Assembly: GCA_002269645.1 (NCBI GenBank)
Contig: NIVC01003256.1
Coordinates: forward strand, 1-25,331
DNA: 25,331 bases
Origin: Macrostomum lignano
Lineage: Eukaryota
Reading direction: 5' to 3'
Shown: positions 1 to 9,576 of the stretch, in pieces
How the letters are laid out: every line of letters starts with the position of its first letter
Position numbering within the stretch: the first letter of the stretch is position 1
Program-made: the position numbers and the translations under genes
The notes under the pieces: generated by a model
What the model was told of the DNA's origin: nothing
Seen by the model: the letters and a program-made list of their open reading frames with translations, nothing else
Databases searched by the model: none

Positions 1-65
1 AATTCTTCTGTCTGAGAATCTTTCTGAGTATTATTTTCTATTCTAACCTTGAGAGTTCTCGCCAT
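1..65 (-). CDS. Putative gag N-terminus (MARTLKVRIENNTQKDSQTEE..., open to the window edge)
   Basis: ATG at 65-63 lies just downstream of the third PBS-like site and has no stop before position 1. It is too short for homology. Confidence 0.45.
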   Translation of the reverse strand, partial: MARTLKVRIENNTQKDSQTEE

Positions 66-286
66 TTCTCTAATCTTTATCGCTGCTACCAAGTTGTCGT
101 AGGGCTTACTTCTGTCCTCCAACTATCCCACTATTGCCACCAAAGTTGTCGCAGGGCTGTTTTACCTCCTACTCTATCAATTTTAATCCCAACCACTGAT
201 ACCAAGTTGTGCTAGGTTTTCAATTTTCCTCTGCTGATTCTGCCTTTGGTATCTCTAACTGTTTCTTAGAATTTCACTTAAATATA

Positions 287-372
287 CTGGTAGCGTCTTA
301 TGTATTAATCTGGTAGCGTTCTTAGTATATTAGTCTGTAGCGTTCTTAGTATATGGCCTGAGCGGTCTTACT
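287..372. repeat. ~25-bp imperfect tandem repeat (tggtagcgttcttagtatat-like, 3-4 copies) inside the LTR
   Basis: Units visible at 287, 310 and 336, plus a degenerate unit at ~360. Confidence 0.8.
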
Positions 373-2912
373 AGTTTATGTACTTTCTCTCTCCAGTCTG
401 GGCATTACCGAGATTAGAGGGTCACAGCGATTACTCTTGGTATTACTCTTTGCATGAATCCCAATTGCAACCTCCAACCTTCTTTACAATACTTTTAGAA
501 ATGAACAATGATATGAGAATGATTTATAGAACACGTTTTGAGCTTATAGCTATTGAACAAGTGTTGTCTTTTCTTGCCTACAATTCTCTTCCTTTTATAC
601 TAGTTGATCACGTGTATTTTAAATAAATTGTTACAAGTTGAAAATATTTTGAGTATTAAAACAACAAATATAAATTTCGCGCTAATTTGAAAAATGAGTT
701 TATAAGAAACAAAAGGTACCACTATTACATATATTGCATGAATATTAAAAAATTATTATATAAAAATTTCAAGTTGATAAGTTTATCTATTTAAAATGAC
801 AAAAGTTATGGCAAAATTCTCATTACTTTTGAAACACCCTTCATAATAAGCTTCAAACTTCATTGATTCTTTAAAAAATACTTTTTTATTTCTACTAACT
901 TATTAGCCTGCTAATCTGCTATACTCTAAAAATATTAAAATTTTGTTATTTCTATACATCATAAAAAATTGTTTTAAACAACTATGAAAATTTCAGTAGG
1001 CCTAGGCTATATTAAATACTAAAAAGGTAGGCCTAGTATTAGAAAGTAAGTTGAACAAAATAAATAACCTTAAAATCTCAAGAATAGGCCCTACTAGGCC
1101 TAACCTCAATAAACTAGGCCTAGGGCCTACACAATGATTTAAAACTTTTTTTTAAATAACTCTTACTCTTTTTGAGATGCAATGCAAAGACTTTTGATCA
1201 CAGAAGAAACAGTGACCCGGTTTTGGCTCTGGTCTGGTTAATAACCAGATGCAATCTGTTTGCCAAAGTATTGCAAACAGCCATCCATCATATTAGAATA
1301 CTAGGCCTATTATATAAAATTAGAATTAATTAGTACTTTGTTAGGCCTATGTATCTATCTAGTATGAAAATTGTATAGTAGTAGTATTAATACTTAGACC
1401 TAGACCTTAGACCTAGGCCTAGTATTAAAAATAATATAGTAGGCCTAATAAATTACTTTATAAATATATTAAATATACTATACTAATATAGTAAAAAATA
1501 ATCCCAGAATTTTACATCATAATAAGTAAAGAGAGAAAAGCAACCGTTAGAACAACTTGGAGTCAGCTTTGAGATTAGATAGAAGCACTTTATTCATTCA
1601 TTGCGAATGAATGCACGAATGCGTCGATCGATCGTGCGTCGTTCATTTAAAGTGACATATATTTTAAATAAAAAACATTTTAAAATAGGGTGAAATATAC
1701 ACAGCATTTGCTTTCTAGATTAAAAAACAAAAGAGTTTTTTGTGAAACCACTTTTTGTCACTTTATCGCTAATATACTTCACAATAGCTAGTCGATTGTG
1801 CGCCATTTGTTTAAGATTACATTTGACTCGAAGTCGCGCGTGGATTCAAAACATTGGAAAGTGGAAATCGAATCTATTAAACTGGATTTAAATCTAGAAG
1901 TTTCAGTCCGGCTTTAGACTAGAAAGTTAAGTTACGTTTTTTCTGAAATGGCAATAGCATCTATTGAATTTCAGAGTCAAGATTTAACACTGTAGAAGCT
2001 GAGTGGCGGTAAACTGAGGGGAGTTACTTACTACTTTTAGTATGCCTTTCACTTGCATGGTCTGGGTTCAGATTACAGATCTGATCTCAACTTGTTAGCA
2101 AAGGTATTTAATTCAGATTATTAAATTGTAGAATAAAAATACTACATAATGTTCTATGCACTTTTCTCAATTTTTTGTTCTATATATGAAATAATCCTTG
2201 TTGGGCCTATTAATAATTTTAAAGCAGCATTCTGGTAGGCCTAAGCCATCAAGGCTATTTTTCTAGACTAGACATACCTATCCATCCCTATTCCCTATTG
2301 TAATAAATAATCATTAGTGCAGATAGTGTCTAGCACAAATTTGTAGGCTTATCTAGTAGTATAGTATAGTCTACCCTAGTCTAGACTTACGCATATTAAG
2401 CCTTAAGGGAAGGGTGTAACTGGGTGTTTGCTATTTGGCAATCAATCTGGCATAGGGGGCCTAGTCTAGACCTTGGCTCCGATAGGGCTATTTTACTATC
2501 TATGGTTTTCACTTAATATAAATATTTGGCAAAAAAATAGTCATAAAGTCTTCAATTATTTTATATAAATAATGAAATAAGTTAGGGCCTAATAACTAAA
2601 GGATTCAACCCCACTTTAGTGAAGGAATTTTCGGCAAAAGTCAATAATGGCAAAAAAGACTTTTGCAATGACCATTTCATCTAAAATTGATCCACTTTGG
2701 CAAAGGGTTATTTTTATTATTGGCAAAAGGCAAGCAATTATGCATTATATGTGTAGTAATTATAACAAATAAAAAAATTGGTGTCTATAAAAAAAATAGA
2801 ATGAACAAATTGAGCATTTAAAATTGATTATTAAAATTAAAAGTTGTTTGGGCTAAGACATTTAAAATAAAGTTAAATATATCCATTGTCATTATCATTG
2901 TATCCATATTCA

Positions 2913-3368
2913 TCATGCCAGTTGGCTTGGTATTCCTGATTTGCTGTGTTTGCCAGATGACTGGCATCCAAAGATTGGGTACATTCTGTGGATTTGTGTA
3001 TTGCTGCAGCTGTCAATGCAGTCAGCTTCAATCTTCAGACTACATGTGCTATATGTAGTCTGTACTAGTAGTTTAATGTATTTTTGCTTGCCTGAATGGT
3101 CAGCAACACGCAAAACCTCTTCACACGAAATTTGTGCCATCAAATGAAAAATATTTTCTTACACTCTTGCCTTAACACATTGGTGCACCAGATCAGACGC
3201 TTCTCTGTTGGTAGATTTTTTGGGGGATGATAATGTCTGCTTGATCCTTGTTGAAAACCCTACATTAGACAACCGTTGCTTGGCACATTCTGTGTGAATT
3301 GCAAACAACACAGCGCCAATATGTAGTCTACTAAGTGATCCATGACAACAAATGAAAATTGTCCATTA
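2913..3368 (-). pseudogene. Degenerate coding remnant inside the TIR element (possible transposase C-terminal fragment)
   Basis: One minus frame reads TIFICCHGSLSRLHIGAVLFAIHTECAKQRL...VHQCVKARV*ENIFHLMAQISCEEVLRVADH... for ~150 codons with a single internal stop. The family is not recognised with confidence. Confidence 0.35.
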
Positions 3369-3370
3369 AC

Positions 3371-3500
3371 TCCGCTAGTGGCAGCTCCTGATTGGGTGGC
3401 TCTGCTAGTGGTGGCTCCTGATTAGGTGGCTCTGCTAGTGGTGGCTCCTGATTGGGCAGCTCTGCTAGTGGTAGCTCCTGATTGGGTGGCTCTTGATTGG
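3371..3500. repeat. 30-bp minisatellite (tctgctagtggtggctcctgattgggtggc, ~4 copies)
   Basis: Exact 30-bp periodicity, built from two related 15-bp halves. Confidence 0.95.
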
Positions 3501-4559
3501 CACATGGCTGGCACTACCAACTTATCTATAGCTCGCCTGGGGTTTCAATTCATGCTCACGTACATGAACAGAATAATACATGTATGTGAAAAGACAATGT
3601 GTGCACATATATATGCACTGATAAGTTATATCCGTACCTTTCTATATCTGGATATATTGTTGGTGCAAAATCCCTGTTTGACATTTTTGATGCTGCCATC
3701 CACCATATCTATCACAACTGATGGTGTGTTGATAAGCACTTACAATTTTCTCATAGAGAAAACATAAATTGCTAGGTGCATTCATAAGTGCAGAGCGCAA
3801 GTCAAGTTTTTCTGAAAACTAAGCAGAAATAGTCTAGTGCTATTGTGTTTGTTTAATTATGCTCAATCTTTCTAGTGATTAAATTCATTTATTCATGTAT
3901 TGGTTAGTACATATGGACTAGCAGCCATGTCTCCAACTCTCACCCCCCTATAAATCCATCAATTGTACTTTGCATGATGTATATACATTTTTAAATGTGC
4001 AAACTGCAAATATCTGTCTAAGCAGTCAATGATCTTTTCTAGTTAAGTATCTTTTCGCCGAAGTGGTTAATTTCTTTTGACAAAATGTGTATCTGTGTAG
4101 ACAAAAAATTCATCTTCACCAAAACATCTTTTGCTAAAAATTAGTTTGCTGAGATGGGCTGCACCCTAACTAAGTATTTTTATTATAAGCCTATAAAAGC
4201 TTATGGCACTACTGTTTTTACCTAGCAAGGAAATTCAAAATGCCTTATAATGATTGAGATCATGCTGTTTTTATTGTATATAATAAATAAACATGGATCT
4301 AGTTGCTGTGTCAAGTATATAAATAATCATATGATTATTTATGATTATATATATAATCAATATATATATAATAAAATACTGATTGATATCATAAATAATC
4401 CATAATATAATTTTATATCCCCTTCTATCCAATCAATCGCACACAAGGCTACCAGGTTCAAAGTTTTAATATAAGATAGTTCATAAGTAATAATAAGTTG
4501 CTAAACATTGTCTATTTATCATTATAAATAAAGATATTAATGGTGTAAGCAAGACTGCC

Positions 4560-5375
4560 ATATACCAAGACCGCCACACTTGGGGGAGCTAGCTAAGGGA
4601 GAAATTCAGCTCAATGTGTTATTAGATAGTGCTAGAGAGGAGATAAGTGGGTAGGAGCTTGTCCTTGTCCCGTATAGCAACCTGTGCCTCAACATTCTCA
4701 ATGAGTGCCAGGCCAATTGCATCTTCACCAATGGCATTGCCTCAACACTCAACCTGAGACAATGTTACTCTGTAGCTATCAACTCGCGCGTTACCATCAA
4801 TGACCACTGGAACCATGGTGAGCTTCACTGCTACACCAATGGTTCTAAGCAGTCAGCCAACACTGGTTTTGGTATTAGAGTCTTCCTGAATGAGAGGGTC
4901 ATCGCAACCCACACTTAGTACACTGGGGTCAATCCAGTGTCTTCCAAAATAAAGTTCTCACCATCAGGTCTTGCATTGCAAAGCTTCTTGCCACTGGTGT
5001 ATCTAGTTATAACATCATTTTCCATTCGGACAGCCAAGCTGCCTTGCACGCCATTAGTAGCTATAGTACTAATTCTGCTATAGTCTTTGCCTGTATCAAA
5101 CTCCTCAATATGTTAGACTCCATCAACAAAATCACCTTTAAGTGGTTCTGGGACATGTGGGGATCCAAGGAATGAGTTGGCTGACGCCCTTGCAAAAGTG
5201 GCACCTCTGGCTCTTCTCTTGGTCCTGAACCTACCAGGATATGGCATTAGCCATTTAGGGATTAGTAGAATGGGTGCTTGCACCTTCCCATTGTGTCCCC
5301 CTAGGAGAGCCCTGCAACTAAGTCAAGCTGTGGCAGTCTTAGTGTATGGCAGTCTTAGTCATGTGCCATATTAAT
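4560..5375 (+). mobile_element. Dead non-LTR retrotransposon (LINE, I/LOA/R1-type) fragment: RT C-terminal linker plus RNase H domain
   Basis: Hand translation gives LHCYTNGSKQSANTGFGI (YTDGSK motif with D>N), IFHSDSQAALHAISS, and after frameshifts GHVGIQGNELADALAK and GPEP. In-frame stops are present (e.g. TAG 4916-4918). Confidence 0.88.
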
Positions 5376-5980
5376 TAGGCATCTGATCTGATATGAAGCC
5401 TGAAGGTAGTAGGTTATAGGTTTTTTTATTACTAATGGCTAATTGATTGTAGGTGCTTTTATATTTTTTGCTGAATTAATCTATTTGAAAAATATTTCAG
5501 AATGGCAGATATGCTTAACATTTAGCATATTTATAACTCTTAAAAGACAATTGTTAGTTTCAAGTCTATATATGGCAACTCTGAACCAGTGCTTTAAAAA
5601 TTGTTTAGAGTTTTTTTACATGATGCAAACCATACTTTTAGTAAAACCAACCCTCAAGACACAGGTTGTACATGCCTAAAAATTAGAAATTAGACCTCGT
5701 GTTGGTTGTGCTGGTTTAGAGTCAGCAGAATGGGCAGAAATGCCTTAGTGTTATTTGGGAGATAATTTTGCTTAAGGTTGTTGTGCCATGGTGCCCACAG
5801 CTTTATTCATTTATAATAGCGTACAGTATGTACTTGACAAGATAGTAGATACGATTTCTAGCATTAGTCTATCACATATTCATTTACCTAATAGATTTCC
5901 AGGTGCAGTCTCAAACAGTCTAGCTAATGGAATACAGCGACAATCTGGCATCCAATGAGCAAGTGCAGATAGACTTTCAG

Positions 5981-6169
5981 GCATTGAACTGCACGGACTA
6001 AATGGAGCCAATGGTTCCGATGGGGCTAATGGCATCGAGACTGAAATCTATCCTGGCTTAGAGGAGCGCGAAATTGTCACTGAGTTTGGCGTCCCCCTGC
6101 GTGTCTACGTGCATAGGGGCAGCAAGTGCTGCGGATCTATCATCACCTATCACGATTTGGGAACTAATC
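5981..6169 (+). CDS. NDRG: NDRG-family protein, first recognisable coding exon (IELHGL...EEREIVTEFG...IITYHDLGTN); 5' boundary uncertain
   Basis: TYHDLGTN matches the NDRG TYHD(I/L)GxNH motif. Acceptor ttcag at 5980, donor GTTAGT at 6170 (phase 1). Confidence 0.85.
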
Positions 6170-6223
6170 GTTAGTTTTGCGAAATTTTTAAAACAGATTT
6201 CGTCACCCTATACATTTATCTGT

Positions 6224-6590
6224 CAGCATATATCCGCTGTACCTACAGCATACCCATCCGCCCTTACAGCATATCCATCCGTCCTTACAGCATAGCTGCA
6301 TACTCATCCGCCACTTACAACATACCCATCGGCCCTACAGCACATCCATCCGCCCTTACAGCATACCCATCCACCCCTACAGCATCTCCGTCCCTTCAGA
6401 TTCAGAATATCCGGCCCTACCTATAGCATATCTGCCCCTACCTACAGCATATCCGCCCCCTACCTACAGCATATCCGCCCCCTACCTACAGCATATCCGC
6501 CCCCTACCTACAGCATATCTGCCCCTATCTAAAGCATATCTGCCCCTACCTACAGCATATTCGCTCCAACCCTACAGCATATCCAACCTT
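6224..6590. repeat. Intronic ~21-22-bp minisatellite (cctacctacagcatatccgccc)
   Basis: Visible tandem units filling most of the NDRG intron. Confidence 0.95.
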
Positions 6591-6655
6591 GCCCTTTTCA
6601 AAGACTCTAAATAATTACTAAATCGCACGCCTTTACCACCTGTCACACGCGCAAG

Positions 6656-6773
6656 ATCGCTCCCTATTGAGATTCTTCAATCACCCGGACATGCGCGTGA
6701 TCATGGACTACTTCACCGTCTATCATGTGTGCGCGCCTGGTCACCACGACACTGCTGGCCCGGTGGCGTCCGA
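6656..6773 (+). CDS. NDRG: NDRG exon (HRSLLRFFNHPDMRVIMDYFTVYHVCAPGHHDTAGPVAS)
   Basis: Matches the NDRG F-N-x-x-D-M...F-x-V-x-H-V-D-A-P-G segment. AG at 6654-6655, donor GTGAGT at 6774 (phase 2). Confidence 0.9.
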
Positions 6774-6831
6774 GTGAGTGTTTGATTTTATTAGTTGTAG
6801 TTTTATTCTTTAAATTCTTCAACTCATTCAT

Positions 6832-6990
6832 GCGCAACGTAGGGAGGGATTCACCCGGCCGTTTCTATTGGCAACACACACTACAAGTCGCTATTGGACA
6901 GAATAGTCGTCACGTGACTGCTCTCAGCCAATAGCGACTTACATGTGTGTGTTGCCAATAGAAACAGCCGGGTGATTCCCTAGGTTGCGC
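6832..6990. repeat. ~160-bp imperfect palindrome (MITE-like or hairpin RNA)
   Basis: Arm 6832-6897 is the near reverse complement of 6928-6990. The centre is gtCACGTGac. Confidence 0.9.
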
Positions 6991-7107
6991 CCAAGCATGT
7001 TATTTGTTGTGTTATGAATAATGCCTGTTGTTACCATAGGTGTTGTTAGCTTGTATAAAATTGTGAATTACTTACATCGCGCATATAAAACAACTTATTT
7101 TTTAAAG

Positions 7108-7134
7108 GGTGATTGTTTCCGACGATCCTGAAGG
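7108..7134 (+). CDS. NDRG: Candidate 27-nt phase-2/2 NDRG cassette microexon ((E)VIVSDDPE(G))
   Basis: Acceptor ttattttttaaAG, donor AGG|GTGAGA. Length is a multiple of 3 with no stop in the NDRG frame. Confidence 0.55.
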
Positions 7135-7480
7135 GTGAGAAAAGTATTCTGATAATTGTTTTTTAGTCCAATATTTATTGTTGCCGTAGATGCTCGCGGC
7201 CGCTAAGCACTTGTTTATTTTAATTAAATAACGTGCACTGTCATATCTTCTCATTCTTCTGTCTGAGAGATTGTTGCGCACTGGGTGATTCATTATATTA
7301 GTTCTAACCAAAATGTATGTAGCAAAAATGTTGCTTTAAAGTTGCTCGTAATGCAAATTTTTATCGAATTTAAGGAATTTATACAAAGTCGTAATTTTGT
7401 CTGTTATAATTCTCAAATTTGTAATTATGCAACTTTTGTTCATGTTCAAATCCACAGAAATAAATCCTTGAGATAAAAGT

Positions 7481-8488
7481 AATCTACTTCAAACTGCCCT
7501 GTCATCAACAATCAACCCTTCAAACTGCTCTGTCATCAACAATCTACCCCTTAAACTGCCCTGTCATCAACAATCTACCCCTCAAACTGTCCTGTCATCA
7601 ACAATCTACCCCCCAAACTGCCCTGTCATCAACAATCAACCCTTCAAACTGCTCTGTCATAAACAATCTACCCCTCAAACTGCCCTGTCATCAACAATCT
7701 ACCCCCCCCCCAAACTGCCCTGTCATCAACAATCAACCCTTCAAACTGCTCTGTCATAAACAATCTACCCCTCAAACTGCCCTGTCATCAACAATCTACC
7801 CCTCAAACTGCCCTGTCATCAACAATCAACCCTTCAAACTGCCCTGTCATCAACAATCAACCCTTCAAACTGCCCTGTCATCAACAATCAACCCCCTCAA
7901 ACTGCCCTGTCATCAACAATCTACCCCCTCAAACTGCCCTGTCATCAACAATCTACCCCCTCAAACTGCCCTGTCATCAACAATCTACCCCCCCCCAAAC
8001 TGCCCTGTCATCAACAATCTACCCCCCCCCTCAAACTGCCCTGTCATCAACAATCTACCCCTCAAACTGTCCTGTCATCAACAATCTACCCCTCAAACTG
8101 TCCTGTCATCAACAATATACCCCTCAAACTGCCCTGTCATCAACAATCTCACCCCCCCCCCTCAAACTGCCCTGTCATCAACAATCTACCCCTCAAACTG
8201 TCCTGTCATCAACAATCTACCCCTCAAACTGTCCTGTCATCAACAATCTACCCCTCAAACTGTCCTGTCATCAACAATCTACCCCTCAAACTGTCCTGTC
8301 ATCAACAATCTACCCCTCAAACTGTTCTGTCATCAACAATCTACCCCTCAAACTGTCCTGTCATCAACAATCTACCCCTCAAACTGTTCTGTCATCAACA
8401 ATCTACCCCTCAAACTGTCCTGTCATCAACAATCTACCCCCTCAAACTGCCGTGTCGTCAATCTACCCCCCTTCAAACTGCCCTGTTA
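7481..8488. repeat. ~31-bp minisatellite (caaactgccctgtcatcaacaatctacccct, ~32 copies)
   Basis: Tandem units with a variable-length C tract. Confidence 0.98.
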
Positions 8489-8632
8489 TTATATAATAGT
8501 TTTCAATATTTTAAATGCTTCTTAAGCGTAGAGATTAGTTTTGATAAAATCATGAAAGCTTATTGCCGTGTTAAGTGACACCAACTGAATATTGGTTGAA
8601 AATGATTTTGTACTAAAGAATATTATTTTCAG

Positions 8633-8644
8633 TGATGTGTACAG
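8633..8644 (+). CDS. NDRG: Candidate 12-nt phase-2/2 NDRG microexon (TGATGTGTACAG; x-D-V-Y-R/S)
   Basis: Branch-like TACTAAA at 8611, acceptor attttcAG, donor CAG|GTAATT. In frame with no stop. Confidence 0.55.
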
Positions 8645-8839
8645 GTAATTATTGTGCTACGTCTGACAAATTATTAATAAATCATATTCGCCTGGTATAG
8701 ATAATTAAATTTGTCTAATTTATTTACTATTTGGCTAACAATTTAAACGTGGCATATTTTAATTGCTTTGTATATTTTTGTGTCATAATTAAACTACACG
8801 CACTTCAATCTGTTCTAATCATCGTGTGCATCTTTTCAG

Positions 8840-8947
8840 AGGCAGCGTTCGCGAAGGCCTCCTTGGCAGTGGGGGTGGAGCCACTGCCACTAATGGATCG
8901 GCCTCTAATACTAGCTATGCCGTCTATGGACAAGGAAGGGGCACTGT
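8840..8947 (+). CDS. NDRG: Candidate 108-nt phase-2/2 NDRG exon (GSVREGLLGSGGGATATNGSASNTSYAVYGQGRGT)
   Basis: GC-rich island in an AT-rich intron. Acceptor tcttttcAG, donor GTAAGT at 8948, 36 codons, open in the NDRG frame. Confidence 0.75.
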
Positions 8948-8969
8948 GTAAGTTGAGCCCAGATTAGTG

Positions 8970-9022
8970 TGGCTGCCCGGGGAATCGAACCCGGGGACCC
9001 TTATTTATATAGCAAGAGCTAA
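8970..9022 (-). other. tRNA-derived fragment (T-arm/B-box plus 3' CCA); probably a SINE or retroposed tRNA relic, not a full tRNA
   Basis: The minus strand reads ccccgGGTTCGATTCCccgggcagCCA. No intact D or anticodon arms. Confidence 0.45.
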
Positions 9023-9121
9023 AACATAGGATAATTTAAAATTAATTATGAATCTACTACTACTCATTCTTCTACTAATTTTACTAATACTCACTACCCC
9101 TACCTGCACCCATTCCTACAG

Positions 9122-9566
9122 CCCGTCCTACCCCAGCCTAGACCAGCTAGCCGAGATGCTGCAGTCTGTAGTTCAAGCCTACAGCATATCCTGCTTTGTT
9201 GGTGTAGGAATTGGCGCCGGCGCCAATATTTTGGCGCGCCATGCGCTGCGTCATTCGGAGCGCGTACTCGGCCTGTTCCTAGTTAACGCGAACGCTCACT
9301 CGGACAATACCTATTATAACTGGCTGTTCGCCAACTACAATGCCGAGTGGGACAGGTTGAAGCACGGGGTATTGACAATTAGCGCCCAGCGAGCCCTGGA
9401 GATGCACTGGTTTGGCCACACCGAGTCGGAGAGCGTTGATCTCATCGAGCGGTACAGGCGGCACCTGCTGAGCCTCTGCCTGCCTAATGTGGCCGGCTTC
9501 ATTCAGGCCTACAACCAGCGGCCCGACCTGGGCATTCAACGGGGCGGCAGGACTCTTCCTGTGCAG
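9122..9566 (+). CDS. NDRG: NDRG core exon (PSYPSLDQLAEML...GVGIGAGANILARHAL...RPDLGIQRGGRTLPVQ)
   Basis: YPSLDQLAEML and G-x-G-A-G-A-x-I-L (Gly in place of the hydrolase nucleophile) are NDRG hallmarks. Acceptor tacAG at 9121, donor GTATGA at 9567 (phase 0). Confidence 0.95.
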
Positions 9567-9576
9567 GTATGACGGG

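Larger units (their letters stand above)
1..635 (-). mobile_element. 5' end of an LTR retrotransposon (probably Gypsy-like): LTR 635-208, PBS region 204-74, start of gag-like ORF running off the window
   Basis: The minus strand starts TGTAAC at 635 and ends ...GCACA at 208 (TG...CA termini). It is followed by a 3-nt spacer ACT and TGGTATCAGTGGTTGGGAT, which resembles a tRNA-Leu PBS. There is no polypurine tract before the LTR on +, so the element is on -. The second LTR and TSD lie outside the window. Confidence 0.7.
2601..4165. mobile_element. Decayed DNA transposon with long imperfect TIRs (MULE-like by TSD length; superfamily uncertain)
   Basis: The left end ggattcaaccccactttagtgaaggaattttcggcaaaag aligns loosely with the reverse complement of the right end (ggtgcagcccatctcagcaaactaatttttagcaaaag). 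Both carry repeated ggcaaaa/tttcgccgaa-type subterminal motifs. The flanks ataactaaa (2592-2600) and ctaactaag (4166-4174) match at 7/9 positions. Confidence 0.5.

Noticed and set aside
378-626. 82-aa ORF and the other short AT-rich ORFs (3426, 5443, 7102, 7285, 12983, 16020, 17783)
   Set aside because: They lie within LTR, transposon, intron or UTR sequence, have biased composition and show no recognisable motifs.
1167-1255. Minus-strand exon-like segment (…PEPKPGHCFFCDQKSLHCISKR, GTAAGA donor) with two small hairpins
   Set aside because: Isolated 89-nt candidate with no partner exons or recognisable homology.
1948-1975. ATG at 1948 as the missing phase-1 first NDRG coding exon (MAIASIEFQ|)
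   Set aside because: It needs a weak GTCAAG donor and has no homology support.
5956-5958. In-frame TGA as selenocysteine or readthrough, or a programmed -1 frameshift at the NDRG start
   Set aside because: No in-frame ATG was found upstream, no SECIS is recognisable, and there is no X-XXY-YYZ slippery heptamer in 5959-6000.
7481-8488. Regular ~30-bp repeats as a CRISPR array (also 18901-20024)
   Set aside because: Units are head-to-tail with no unique spacers, no cas genes are present, and the context is eukaryotic.
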